Shown here: positions 28,787-39,167 of the stretch, one piece after another | Layout: each line of letters begins with the position of its first letter | Position numbering within the stretch: the stretch's first letter is position 1 | From: Calothrix sp. NIES-4101 | GTDB taxonomy: Bacteria > Cyanobacteriota > Cyanobacteriia > Cyanobacteriales > Nostocaceae | NCBI GenBank assembly: GCA_004296455.1 | Contig: AP018280.1 | Location: forward strand, 5,442,794 to 5,506,793 | Direction: 5' to 3' | Length of the DNA: 64,000 nt | Translations under genes and position numbers: made by a program | The notes under the pieces: generated by a model | The model's database searches: none | What the model saw: the letters and a program-made list of their open reading frames with translations, nothing else | What the model was told of the DNA's origin: nothing

Positions 28787-30627
28787 TAAGTCTCCATGTC
28801 AGTTTCAAATTCTAGTTCCCAAATTTTGATACTTTTATCCTGACTAGCACTAATAATCAGTTGATGAGGTGATAAATCGCTGCGATAATTATATGCGATC
28901 GCAGTTATTGAATCTTCATGGCTGTAAAGATTCATAATTTCTTGCTGATTACTAACTCGCCAAATTTTAATTGTTTTATCTTTACTACTACTAATTAAAA
29001 ATTTCCCACTTTTATCAAATATTAATCCAGTAACAGACCAAGAATGTCCTGATAGTGTGGCAATTTCTCTACCAGTTTTAATTTCCCATAATTTAATTGT
29101 ATTATCATCACCACCCGTTGCCAAAATCTCTCCATTTGGACTAAATGCAACTGCTAGAACTGCCCATGTGTGCCCTGATAAAATACGCTCAGGATGATTC
29201 TGATTTTGTAGTTTGGTTGGGTATGGGGGTAATTTCCAAATGCAAGCTGTTCTATCGAAACTTCCACTGGCTATATATAATCCATCGGGACTAAAAGCAA
29301 CGGCACTGACTTGTTGTTTATGTCCAGTTAAAGTGCAAATTTCTGTGGCTGTTTCCGCATCTGTAATATCCCAAATTTTAATGGTTTTATCCCAACTTCC
29401 ACTAGCAAGATACTTCTGATTGGGACTAAAGGCAACTGATTTCACAGCCTTGGTATGTCCAAGAAGTGTAATTATTTCCTGATAATTTTGACTCTCCCAC
29501 AATTTAATTGTTTTATCAGCGCTAGCCGATGCTAATATTTTTCCATCTTGGCTAAAAGCGAGAGATTCAATAGATTGTGAATGTCCAGAAATGGATTGTA
29601 AAAATTCTTGGCTCTGTAAATTCCAGATATAAATATTTTTATTCTGATGACCACTAACAAGGTTATGATTATTGGGGTGAATTGCCACTGTATTTACGTC
29701 TGATATCAGGCTTGTGCTAGATGTGAGAGTATACAAATTGGCTAATTTAGGAAATTCTTGACTTGTAACTTGAGATTTTAATTTTAAAGTTAATTTAGGG
29801 CTGATGGAAGCTATACCCATGACTTCCATAACATCTTTTGCAGTATGAAAACGCTGATTTATATCTTTATTAATTAATTTATCAAGAATATTAGCTAATC
29901 GTTCGCTAATTTTAGTTTGCAAATAATCACGCCAAACCCATTGATTATTTGCATGATCAAATAAATAAAATGGTGATATTTCAGTTAATGCATAAATACA
30001 AGTTACACCTAAGCTATACAAGTCACTACTAAATTCTGGATAGCTATCTAATTGTTCGGGAGCAAGATATTCCGGGCTACCTGCAATAATTTTGTTTGCA
30101 GAATCATGAATGTTATCAAAAATTTGAGTATTGGCAAAATCAACTAAAATAAATTGTTGCTGTCGAGAGTTTTTAGAATTAATAATATTAGTAGGTTTAA
30201 TATTGCAATGAATCAAATTGTAATTATGTAATAATTCAAGCTCAGGTAAAATATCTGTTAAAATTTGCCAAATTTGGACTTCAGTCAGTTTACCATTGCC
30301 TGATAAAAATTGATTTATATTCTTACCTTCAATAAATTCAAAAATTAAGTAAATATAATTATCTTCATAATGGTAACCAAGGAATTTAGGGGATAATGAA
30401 TATGTCTCTAATTGCTGCAATAAATTAATTTTTTCATCTATATTTTGATTTTGACAAAACTGCGATCGCCTAAATATTTTTTGAATCACACAAGCTGAAA
30501 AAGGATAATCTCGTTCATCCACAGCAATAAATGTTTGGGTAAATTCACTATTTCCAATTAACTTAATTAAGCGGTAAGCAGGTTCCAAAAACATGGGAAA
30601 AACTACTTCAGAATTTATTATTTGCAT
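28786..30627 (-). CDS. Eukaryotic-like Ser/Thr protein kinase fused to C-terminal WD40 repeats.
   Basis: The kinase subdomains are present (HCNIKPTNII, DFANT, APE). The C-terminal half has seven or more WD repeats (GH..WD pattern). Confidence 0.85.
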   Translation of the reverse strand: MQIINSEVVFPMFLEPAYRLIKLIGNSEFTQTFIAVDERDYPFSACVIQKIFRRSQFCQNQNIDEKINLLQQLETYSLSPKFLGYHYEDNYIYLIFEFIEGKNINQFLSGNGKLTEVQIWQILTDILPELELLHNYNLIHCNIKPTNIINSKNSRQQQFILVDFANTQIFDNIHDSANKIIAGSPEYLAPEQLDSYPEFSSDLYSLGVTCIYALTEISPFYLFDHANNQWVWRDYLQTKISERLANILDKLINKDINQRFHTAKDVMEVMGIASISPKLTLKLKSQVTSQEFPKLANLYTLTSSTSLISDVNTVAIHPNNHNLVSGHQNKNIYIWNLQSQEFLQSISGHSQSIESLAFSQDGKILASASADKTIKLWESQNYQEIITLLGHTKAVKSVAFSPNQKYLASGSWDKTIKIWDITDAETATEICTLTGHKQQVSAVAFSPDGLYIASGSFDRTACIWKLPPYPTKLQNQNHPERILSGHTWAVLAVAFSPNGEILATGGDDNTIKLWEIKTGREIATLSGHSWSVTGLIFDKSGKFLISSSKDKTIKIWRVSNQQEIMNLYSHEDSITAIAYNYRSDLSPHQLIISASQDKSIKIWELEFETDMET

Positions 30628-30885
30628 ATTTTATAATTGAGATTGTTATTGGATTTCAAGTGAATTTCTCAAAAGCAGAACTTAGAAGCGAGAATAACCT
30701 GCAAATCGCAAAAGATAGAATACTCAAGTCGGATTCTGATTCCTAAATTCGATTGAGGGTAAATCACACTTGACTTTATAATATTCTCCTGCAAAATAAA
30801 AATTAATTGTAAAATCTTAGAAAAAATTGACATCGAAAAGTAGAGTTTTGTGAAATTTAGGTACAAAATTACAAATTTGTGAAAC

Positions 30886-30919
30886 GTAAAAAATATAGAG
30901 ACGCGATACTTCGCGTCTC
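30886..30919 (-). terminator. Intrinsic terminator 3' of the flotillin-like gene.
   Basis: On the minus strand the stem is GAGACGCG, the loop AAGTAT, the second stem CGCGTCTC, followed by TATATTTTTT. The 8-bp stem is perfect. Confidence 0.65.
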
Positions 30920-30937
30920 CACAAAATAGCAAAAAAA

Positions 30938-33085
30938 TTACTTCTCTGTTGGCAACTCAATATTTAAAGATACATTACCGTTATTTTTCGCAGTAGTGAC
31001 AGGAACCCGTGGGTATATGGGTTGTGTCATCTCATTTTGCTTGGTACTGGTTTGATTCCATAAAATCATCGATAGCAACCCGTCAACTAAGCCATTAGCA
31101 TTACCACCACTAGCACCACCGACTAAGATATCAGGTATCAGACGCACATTGCGATCGCCCACAATTTGCATCATTTGCATTGCAGTGTAACCATTTTCTC
31201 CCAAGGCTTGTACACCAGCACGGTAGGTTTCTGCCTTCGCATTACCCATGGCGCGGATACCTTCAGCTTCCCCAATCGCTTTTAACTTGATTGCTTCCGC
31301 TTCACCTGTCGCCTCTTGAATGCGAGAATTGGAATTCAACTCAGCAATTTTGACACCTTGTTCTGACTTCACCAACTCCTGTTGAATTTCAGCCAAAGCA
31401 GTTTCCCGCACCAATTGCTGACGCTGGGTTTGTGCCATTTGCTGTACTTCGTAGGTTTTTTTCTGCTCTTCTGCTATTTTCCGTTCAGTCAGGGTATGCA
31501 TTAACTCCGGTGGTGGAGTAATTAAACCAATCAACGAATCTACAGCCTGCACATCATAAGCACGCAACGCAGATTTCACATATTCCGATGCTTCCACTTG
31601 GCGATCGCTTCTAGCGCTCAAAAAGTCTAGAATAGTATATTCCTGTGCTGAGTTGCGGAAATAGTTACCGACAATAGGACGCAAAACTTGATCTATCACA
31701 TTTTGCATCGAACCCAAACGGGAAATCACCTTGGGTGCATCCAACGCTCCAATATGGATAATTTGAAAGATTTCTAAATCAAAGGTAAAACCATCAAACG
31801 ATAGCAACTTCAAAGCTTCAAGTTTGCTATCATACCCATGTTGACCATTAATGCGATTGGTGAAATTTAAGACAATATTTGTCGTCGGTACTAACTCAAC
31901 CTTCATCACCTCCGTATTGAGTGGGTGCTTACCTGGATACAAAGGTTCTACCCACACACCTTTATGTCCTTGATTCACCAAACTACCGTGAGTAAAAGAT
32001 GCGCCACTGACATCTTCCTGCTCTTTACCCACAAACGAAATTACCACACCTACATAACCAATGGGAATTTCTGTCATTGGTACTTGTTGAACCTTGACTA
32101 ACCAAGGGTTTAGGTTCCAAGAACCAGACAACAAAACTTGTTCTTGTAAACCCCTTTGTCCCCCAGCATCGAGGAATTTTTGACCATTTTGGAAATTGTC
32201 ATGTCCCCCAGTTTTACGCCCTGCAATTTCACCCGCAGCAATAGGGGAACCATCCAAAGTCGTGATAATACCAACCTTATCCGCCGCAATTTGATGTACC
32301 TGCAACTGTTCATGAGTCATCCCATGCTGACTCGCATTAGCTGCTGTAATTACCTTAAACAAAGCTGTGTTAATACGGTAAGTACCTGCGGTGAGAAAAC
32401 CAATTTGCCGTCCTTTTTCACCACCATGCGTCAAAAACTTTCGCGCATCTTGGAAGTTATCGCACTCAACAATCTTACCTAAAATTCGCTCTGGAGGAAT
32501 TGAAGCACCATCCGCAGCCACAATTAAGGCGATTTCACCTTGAGGAACCATCACCACAGCTTCTTTTTTGACAGCAAACTGCCAAGGAAAATAACCCCAG
32601 TGCCAACCAGGAGCAAGGGTATCAGCTTGGAGTCCAGCTTCTCCGTTAAGAGCGATTAACCGACTTGCGGGTAAACCTTTGCCAGATAAAGCAAACTTTT
32701 TCACAACAATGCCAACTTCTCGTTCGCCAATTACCACCAACCCACCAAAAAATAGGGGAACGAAAATCACCAAACCACCGACTATAACAATGGGAATAAT
32801 CCCCCAAGGTTGCATTTGTGCGGCAATATGGGTGGGTAATTGAGCAACAAGGGGTTTAGCAACATTGGAGTGTGTTTGCAAAACTTGAGCGGAACTTGTC
32901 AGATGAGTATAGTTAGTTTTGATGGGACTAGCATTCGCTGACTGCACGTTACCTGCTACTGCGATACTCGCTAAAACCGATGCTGCTAAAGTAAAAATTT
33001 TATTTGATAAGTTAGACGACTTCTGAGACTTGCGATGATTTGAAGGAACCTTGAAAGCTTCCATAGATTTTGCCTCTCCAGGCAA
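30938..33085 (-). CDS. SPFH/band-7 (flotillin-like) membrane protein.
   Basis: It has an N-terminal TM segment, an SPFH domain and a C-terminal EA-rich coiled coil (..EATGEAEAIKLKAIGEAEGIRAMGNAKAETYRAGVQAL..). Length is 715 aa. Confidence 0.7.
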   Translation of the reverse strand: MPGEAKSMEAFKVPSNHRKSQKSSNLSNKIFTLAASVLASIAVAGNVQSANASPIKTNYTHLTSSAQVLQTHSNVAKPLVAQLPTHIAAQMQPWGIIPIVIVGGLVIFVPLFFGGLVVIGEREVGIVVKKFALSGKGLPASRLIALNGEAGLQADTLAPGWHWGYFPWQFAVKKEAVVMVPQGEIALIVAADGASIPPERILGKIVECDNFQDARKFLTHGGEKGRQIGFLTAGTYRINTALFKVITAANASQHGMTHEQLQVHQIAADKVGIITTLDGSPIAAGEIAGRKTGGHDNFQNGQKFLDAGGQRGLQEQVLLSGSWNLNPWLVKVQQVPMTEIPIGYVGVVISFVGKEQEDVSGASFTHGSLVNQGHKGVWVEPLYPGKHPLNTEVMKVELVPTTNIVLNFTNRINGQHGYDSKLEALKLLSFDGFTFDLEIFQIIHIGALDAPKVISRLGSMQNVIDQVLRPIVGNYFRNSAQEYTILDFLSARSDRQVEASEYVKSALRAYDVQAVDSLIGLITPPPELMHTLTERKIAEEQKKTYEVQQMAQTQRQQLVRETALAEIQQELVKSEQGVKIAELNSNSRIQEATGEAEAIKLKAIGEAEGIRAMGNAKAETYRAGVQALGENGYTAMQMMQIVGDRNVRLIPDILVGGASGGNANGLVDGLLSMILWNQTSTKQNEMTQPIYPRVPVTTAKNNGNVSLNIELPTEK

Positions 33086-33441
33086 TTATTTTTTAAGCCT
33101 AATCTAACCTATGACTTCATCCCCTCCCGGGAGGATTTCTGAAAATAGCTGTAATTTAATTTTTTCTACATATTTCTAGATATTCCTATTACTTCTGCCA
33201 TGATATTCCTCTCTACTTTATGGTTGAGAGGTGGGAGAAAGTCATCTTATTTGTCGTCGTGTCATAGCTTATACTAATTCTCTAAAATTAGGCTAAGTAG
33301 TTAAGCAAAATTAAATATATACTGCGATTGCTTCGTTCCTCGCAATGACAGGAGCTTGAAGTTTTCGGAATGTATGATTAATTTTGCACTACAACTTACA
33401 GATGGAATCTACGGAACCATTGCTAAATCTAGATTTTTTAA

Positions 33442-33523
33442 TTGCGTAGCTTTAGCTTCTCGCGACAGCGAGTATTGCGTAGCTTGCTTCTCGCGACAGC
33501 GAGTATTGCGAATTGCGAATTGG
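33442..33523. repeat. Two copies of a tandem direct repeat of about 38 bp, each carrying an internal hairpin CTCGCGACAGCGAG.
   Basis: The unit is ttgcgtagctt(t)agcttctcgcgacagcgagtattgcg x2, followed by aattgcg aattgg. Confidence 0.7.
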
Positions 33524-33739
33524 TATTACTTCACTGGATGGGTATTCACGTCAAATTCAGCATCTCGACAATATCTAAATGATTCTCACGAAAAATCCTT
33601 TACAGAATCCTATTGAATCATCAGTGATTCGCAACACTTAATATTACACGCCAAGACTCAGCATATTTGTGGGGAAATTATTGTTCTTTTGTTGAGGATA
33701 GCTACGAGTAATGCTACCTTCAATTGTGTTGTGTGAGAA

Positions 33740-35830
33740 GTGACTGTAAAAGTTAATATGAATCATAGACGTAGATATATGGATAATTGGGTGCTGAATG
33801 GTACTGGAAAAACAGCAACCCATTTATCAATTGCCGTTGTCACATTGATATCCAATTTATTTGCCCCATTCGCCAGTATTGCTACACCTCCCCGCAATCC
33901 CGATAAGACTGTGAACTGCGATATTTTAGTAGCTGGGGGAGGACTTTCCGGGGCAGCAACAGCTTATGAAGGCTTACTTGCCGGCAAAACCATTTGTCTG
34001 ACGGAAATCACTGATTGGCTGGGGGGACAAATTTCTGCCCAGGGAACATCCGCATTAGATGAACGCCCCACCCAACGAGCAAAACAATTTTACTCCCGTG
34101 GTTATCTCCAGTTACGCGATCGCATTGAAAAACGTTACAAAGGGAATTTAAACCCTGGTGATTGTTGGGTTAGCGATTCCTGCTTTTTACCTAAAGACGG
34201 ACATGAAATTCTGCGGGATATTCTCAAAGACGCGGAAAAGCGTGGTAAAGGCAAATTAGAATGGTTTCCCAATACAGTCATTAAAGACTTACAAAAAAGT
34301 GCTGATGGTAAAATCATTGAAAGTGCTGTCGCCATCCAACATCAGCCCGCCAAAGGTGCTGCACCCATCAACAGCTTACCCCTATCACAAACCATTGAAG
34401 ACGCTTTTAGCTACGAAAATTCTCAGCGCTTCAACAAAACCATTATTCGCCTCCTTCCCAAAGCAAATCAAAAAAATCCTAATACTCCAAAATGGTATAT
34501 TGTTGATGCCAGCGAAACGGGAGAAATAGTTGCCCTTGCAGATGTACCCTATCGTTTGGGGATCGATCCACTTTCACATCTAGAACCCTCATCATCCAGT
34601 ACAACCAACGATCAATACTGTACCCAAGGTTTTACATATACCTTGGCAATGGAGGCAACCAAAGATGCACAACCGCAGACAATGCCTCCATATTACATGC
34701 AATATTCGCCCTACTTCAGTTACGAACTGAAGCGGTTGGCAGATTTTGACTTAGTTTTCACATACCGTCGCATTTGGAGTCCCCAAAAAGGGCAACCGAA
34801 AACCTTTGGTGGTGTCAAATTTACTACTCCTACCCCTGGCGATATTTCCATGCAAAACTGGACTTGGGGGAATGATTACCGACCTGGAACTGCCCAAGAT
34901 AATTTAGTTTATACCCAGCAGCAATTGCGATCGCTAGGACAACTCAACCCCGGTGGTTGGAAAGGCGGATTACGAACCGAGTCTTTACGCAAAGGCGAAG
35001 AAAAAGCCTTTTCCTATTATTACTGGCTAGTTGCGGGAACTACTGACTCACAACTTGGGAACGGTGTGAAAACACCACGCACAAATAACCGCTTTTTAAC
35101 TGGATTTAACGCGCCAATGGGAACCGCCCACGGGTTATCAAAATATCCTTATATGCGTGAAGGCAGAAGAATTATCGGTCGTCCAAGTTGGGGACAACCG
35201 GGAGGATTTACTATTTGGGAAGTAGATATTTCCCGACGCGATTATAACGATGAATATTACCGTAATAACTTACCTGCTGATATGTATCGCCGCTTACGAG
35301 CGACACTTGCAGGGTTGGAAGCGGCATCCGTGATTTCCGGCAAAATTGACCCAAATAAAGCCCTACGTCGCACACGCTCTACTATTTTTCCGGACGCGAT
35401 TGGTATTGGACATTACGCAATCGATTTTCATCCCTGCATGGAAAAAAGCCCTCCGGAAGCACCAGGAAATCGGGAACGCCCCGGAGAAAGACGAGGTGCC
35501 GGACAAGCTTATCCTTTCCAAATCGCCCTGCGGGCAATGATTCCCCAAAAAATCGATAATTTAATTGTTGGTGGTAAGAGTATTGCTACAAGTCATATTG
35601 CCGCCGCCGCCTATCGGGTACACTCATTTGAATGGTCAGCAGGTGCAGCAGCCGGAACCGTTGCCGCATTTAGCTTGAAAAATGCGATCGCTCCTTATCA
35701 ACTAGTCGATGAGTTACCCAAAATCGAACCCCAATTAATCGCCTTGAAACAGCTTTTGGAAAAAAACGGCAATCCTACCGCTTTCCCAGATACATCAATA
35801 TTTAACCAAAATTGGGAAGATTGGAAGTAA
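33740..35830 (+). CDS. Large FAD-dependent oxidoreductase (PF12831-like, 696 aa) with an N-terminal signal or anchor.
   Basis: The dinucleotide-binding motif DILVAGGGLSGAATAYEG is near the N-terminus. The hydrophobic leader is IAVVTLISNLFAPFASIA. I recognise no specific subfamily. Confidence 0.55.
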   Translation: MTVKVNMNHRRRYMDNWVLNGTGKTATHLSIAVVTLISNLFAPFASIATPPRNPDKTVNCDILVAGGGLSGAATAYEGLLAGKTICLTEITDWLGGQISAQGTSALDERPTQRAKQFYSRGYLQLRDRIEKRYKGNLNPGDCWVSDSCFLPKDGHEILRDILKDAEKRGKGKLEWFPNTVIKDLQKSADGKIIESAVAIQHQPAKGAAPINSLPLSQTIEDAFSYENSQRFNKTIIRLLPKANQKNPNTPKWYIVDASETGEIVALADVPYRLGIDPLSHLEPSSSSTTNDQYCTQGFTYTLAMEATKDAQPQTMPPYYMQYSPYFSYELKRLADFDLVFTYRRIWSPQKGQPKTFGGVKFTTPTPGDISMQNWTWGNDYRPGTAQDNLVYTQQQLRSLGQLNPGGWKGGLRTESLRKGEEKAFSYYYWLVAGTTDSQLGNGVKTPRTNNRFLTGFNAPMGTAHGLSKYPYMREGRRIIGRPSWGQPGGFTIWEVDISRRDYNDEYYRNNLPADMYRRLRATLAGLEAASVISGKIDPNKALRRTRSTIFPDAIGIGHYAIDFHPCMEKSPPEAPGNRERPGERRGAGQAYPFQIALRAMIPQKIDNLIVGGKSIATSHIAAAAYRVHSFEWSAGAAAGTVAAFSLKNAIAPYQLVDELPKIEPQLIALKQLLEKNGNPTAFPDTSIFNQNWEDWK

Positions 35831-35964
35831 CTTGGTGAGTGGTTGGTAGTTAGTAGTTAGACATTGTCGGGAATAAACTCCAGTTTTATCCCCACTAGCA
35901 ATTACCATTAACCATTAACTACTAACCATGAACTAAACTAGTAACTTGTAGTGTAGTTCTGTAA

Positions 35965-36315
35965 ATGCCAATTGGTTTAAATAGTATTATGATTACAAGA
36001 CTTTCAGCAGCAGTTTACGGAATGGGTGCAGCACCGACTGTAACTCCTGAACGGTCTAGTCAAACGACCCGCAAGACTTACCCCAACTATAAAGTTATCG
36101 TTCTCAACGATGACTTTAATACATTTCAGCATGTAGCCGAATCTCTGGTAACATATATACCTAACATGACACCCGATCGCGCTTGGGAACTCACCAATCA
36201 AGTACATTTTGATGGGCAAGCGATAGTTTGGGTTGGCCCGCAGGAAATGGCTGAACTTTATCATCAGCAGTTGCGTCGTGCTGGTTTAACAATGGCACCA
36301 CTCGAAGCTGCGTAA
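35965..36315 (+). CDS. clpS: ATP-dependent Clp protease adaptor ClpS.
   Basis: The core is YKVIVLNDDFNTFQHVAESLVTYIPNMTPDRAWELTNQVHFDGQAIVWVGPQEMAELYHQQL. The true start may be one of the internal Mets. Confidence 0.8.
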   Translation: MPIGLNSIMITRLSAAVYGMGAAPTVTPERSSQTTRKTYPNYKVIVLNDDFNTFQHVAESLVTYIPNMTPDRAWELTNQVHFDGQAIVWVGPQEMAELYHQQLRRAGLTMAPLEAA

Positions 36316-36335
36316 TCCCCCAGTGTAATCTCACA

Positions 36336-36629
36336 ATGGAAAAACCCTCCCCCGGCAGACTCGTTTGGAATCATTCTACCCATATTGCTGGACTTATCCC
36401 GATTTTAGAACGCCTGTGCAAACAAGATGGCATCCAAACAATTACTCCAGGTGTCATTGGACGTGCAAAGGGACATAGTCCAAGTCTGCAACTTCGTGTC
36501 TCGGTGCCAATCCGGGGAGGTTTCAAAATTATTGCCCGTCATGGAAAAACTGTACAAGAAGTATTCATTATCACACCATTAGACCAAGCAACATTGGAAA
36601 CTGCAATTGCGATCGCTGTGAAAAAGTAG
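36336..36629 (+). CDS. Conserved hypothetical small protein (97 aa), probably co-transcribed with clpS.
   Basis: The ORF starts 20 nt after the clpS stop. I recognise no family. Confidence 0.4.
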   Translation: MEKPSPGRLVWNHSTHIAGLIPILERLCKQDGIQTITPGVIGRAKGHSPSLQLRVSVPIRGGFKIIARHGKTVQEVFIITPLDQATLETAIAIAVKK

Positions 36630-36807
36630 TTGTTATTAGTAACTAGCTATTTGGTGAATCTAGTTATTAATAATGAGGTAGAAAAACTTATATGCAAGTT
36701 GTCTAGCTTCCACTTGAATATAAACAATATGCTGATACCCAAAAGGAGCAATTTATCAGCATATCTACAAGGGGTAAGTATTAGAAATTAAAAATACAAA
36801 TTAAAAC

Positions 36808-37146
36808 TTACTCTTCAATTTCATGTACAGCAAACTTGTGTAGAGGCAAACAAAGAATACAAGAAAATGTGAGTAAATATGACAAAGTTGTAGTCAACCT
36901 CAATGTTCCCGTGACATTTTCCCAATCAGGAACAATCAGCTTTTGAATCCCAAAGGCAACGCAATAAACTAACCAGTAAGAAAAACTCATTTTCAGCAGA
37001 ATAGACTCGGTTGCTTCTGTCTCATCGTCACTTGGTTTCCGACTCCATAACAACGCTAACCCAGCCATACAAGCGATCGCAGATATTGCCACAAAAACTT
37101 CGTGACAAAATACGTTTGTCAAACACATTTTTATATACCCCAGCAA
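36808..37146 (-). CDS. Hypothetical small membrane protein (112 aa, 3 TM).
   Basis: Hydrophobic segments only. Weak. Confidence 0.3.
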   Translation of the reverse strand: MLGYIKMCLTNVFCHEVFVAISAIACMAGLALLWSRKPSDDETEATESILLKMSFSYWLVYCVAFGIQKLIVPDWENVTGTLRLTTTLSYLLTFSCILCLPLHKFAVHEIEE

Positions 37147-37347
37147 TTTCTCATTGCATATCAGTCTATAGGAATAGACTTTCAGATTCCAAAATATAGT
37201 TACAAACTGAAATAGAATGCGGGAAAATATATAAACAAATACAAAGAAAGCTAAATTAATATATAGTTAACATCTGAGAAGCAGTTTTTAGCTTGATAAA
37301 AATTATCACATCCAGATAATTATTCTCTGCCACTAGAACATTACATT

Positions 37348-37824
37348 ATGACAACACCGCAACCAGGACAAAACGCACCAGTATTTTCTGCCCCTAACCA
37401 AAATGGTGAAACTATTAATCTGGAGGACTTTCAAGGTAAGTGGCTAATATTGTACTTTTATCCGAAAGATGATACCCCAGGTTGTACCACTGAAGCCAAA
37501 GACTTTAGTGCTTTTGTTGAAGAGTTTATGAAATTAGGAGCGCAAATATTAGGTGTTAGCACTGATTCAACAACAAAACACTGTAAATTTATTGATAAAC
37601 ACAATTTAAAAATTACATTATTAAGTGATCCTGAACATCAGGTAGCTGATGCTTATGGAGTATGGAAGCTGAAAAAATTTATGGGTAAAGAATATATGGG
37701 AATCGAACGCTCTACATTTGTAATTTCACCCGATAGCAAAATAGCTTATACTTGGTCAAAAGTCAAAGTCAAAGAACATGCTGCCGACGTTCTCAAGCAA
37801 TTACAATTATTGATTAAGAATTAA
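37348..37824 (+). CDS. bcp: Peroxiredoxin (thiol peroxidase, Bcp/PrxQ type).
   Basis: The active-site motif FYPKDDTPGCTTEA is present. Length is 158 aa. Confidence 0.85.
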   Translation: MTTPQPGQNAPVFSAPNQNGETINLEDFQGKWLILYFYPKDDTPGCTTEAKDFSAFVEEFMKLGAQILGVSTDSTTKHCKFIDKHNLKITLLSDPEHQVADAYGVWKLKKFMGKEYMGIERSTFVISPDSKIAYTWSKVKVKEHAADVLKQLQLLIKN

Positions 37825-38061
37825 AATTAATAATTAAAACAAAGCAATAATCCTAAAAATAATTAAGTTAAGTATTCGTACTGAAATAGACACAGAGATT
37901 CTAGGATAAATTGATAATTAGGTATAGGCGTAAAAATTATCTGGAGACGTAGTATTGCTACGCCTCTGTCGTAATTTTTATGAACGCATAATTAATTGAT
38001 TGATGAACTCATCTCTACTCCTGTGTAGATTAGATACTGGCTAACTGCCACTACTAAAAAT

Positions 38062-39108
38062 ATGGATACGATCGCACTACCAAAAATCTACTTTCAATCA
38101 AAAATATCTCGTTATCAGGTAAATCCCCATAATTCACATCAAATCAACTCGAAAATCAAAATCCTGACAGTCAAAGAATGTAAATTAGCAAACTTTGGTC
38201 ATATAGCGCTTGATGAGCCACAAACAGCAATCTTAGCATCAATGAACCGTCAAATGATTATTCTTTGTCGTTCATTACCCACTTCATTGCAAGATGCCGC
38301 AGTTGCCGCAATTCAGCGCTACTATACAGGGTTTGAAGTTGCCAATTTACTCACCTTTTTCACAAAATTTTATGCGCCTAGTTGGTCATTAATTCATTGG
38401 ATGCAACAAGCTAATCCTGTTTTGCAAACATTAGATATTGAAAATGCTTTTTCTGGGCAAGCAATGGCATACTTTTTGCATATGCTTGATGACCACCTTG
38501 CTGATGGTAAAATACCCACCAGTCATTTATTTTTACATTTACACACATCTGCTTGGACAAAATTTCATCACGCAGCCAAAACCTTATCAAAGAATATTCA
38601 TAGTGGCGCAGAGTTAGTTACAGAACTAATTGATAACTATTTTAGTAGCATCCAAGAAACTACAGAAATTAACAGCATCAATTCCTATTGCAATGTATTC
38701 CGCAAACAACTTAGTACCACCTTAATTATTCCTCTCCTCGTCGCTAAACATACTGGATTTGAGACTACACTAATTCGTCAAATATACGAATCATTTGGAG
38801 TCGCTTGGCGACTTTTAGATGATTTGCGGGACTGTAGTGATGATGCTTTTGCTGGCGAATTATCAGCGATTTATTATCTTCTCCCTTTAGAAGAACGTCA
38901 ACTGTGGTTAAATTGTCAAGGGAAAGACGAACAATCAAATGATTGGCAAAAACTTCAATCCTACTTAGAACAACAAGGTATTTTGCGAAAATTAATTTCT
39001 CACATCTGTACTGCTCTCAAAGAAGCTCAAAAAAATGCAGATTTAGCTAAATTACCAGCTTATGCAACACAATTACGACAACTTGCCGCTCCATTGTGGG
39101 AAATGTAA
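38062..39108 (+). CDS. Hypothetical protein with isoprenoid-synthase-like (trans-isoprenyl diphosphate synthase / class I terpene synthase fold) Asp-rich motifs.
   Basis: There is a first Asp-rich motif FLHMLDDHLADG and a second motif GVAWRLLDDLRDCSDD. The second matches the polyprenyl synthetase pattern GxAFQxxDDxxD. The motifs are about 110 aa apart in an all-alpha sequence. Confidence 0.4.
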   Translation: MDTIALPKIYFQSKISRYQVNPHNSHQINSKIKILTVKECKLANFGHIALDEPQTAILASMNRQMIILCRSLPTSLQDAAVAAIQRYYTGFEVANLLTFFTKFYAPSWSLIHWMQQANPVLQTLDIENAFSGQAMAYFLHMLDDHLADGKIPTSHLFLHLHTSAWTKFHHAAKTLSKNIHSGAELVTELIDNYFSSIQETTEINSINSYCNVFRKQLSTTLIIPLLVAKHTGFETTLIRQIYESFGVAWRLLDDLRDCSDDAFAGELSAIYYLLPLEERQLWLNCQGKDEQSNDWQKLQSYLEQQGILRKLISHICTALKEAQKNADLAKLPAYATQLRQLAAPLWEM

Positions 39109-39167
39109 TTTTGTTGAGGATTTCGATGAGGCGATGAGAATATTTGAAAAAGGTGTCCTTGCTAAAT

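Noticed and set aside
33356-33616. 86-aa ORF spanning the 38-bp tandem repeat. I also checked the region for CRISPR-like structure.
   Set aside because: The ORF is produced by repeat sequence. There are only two adjacent repeat copies with no spacers and no cas genes nearby.
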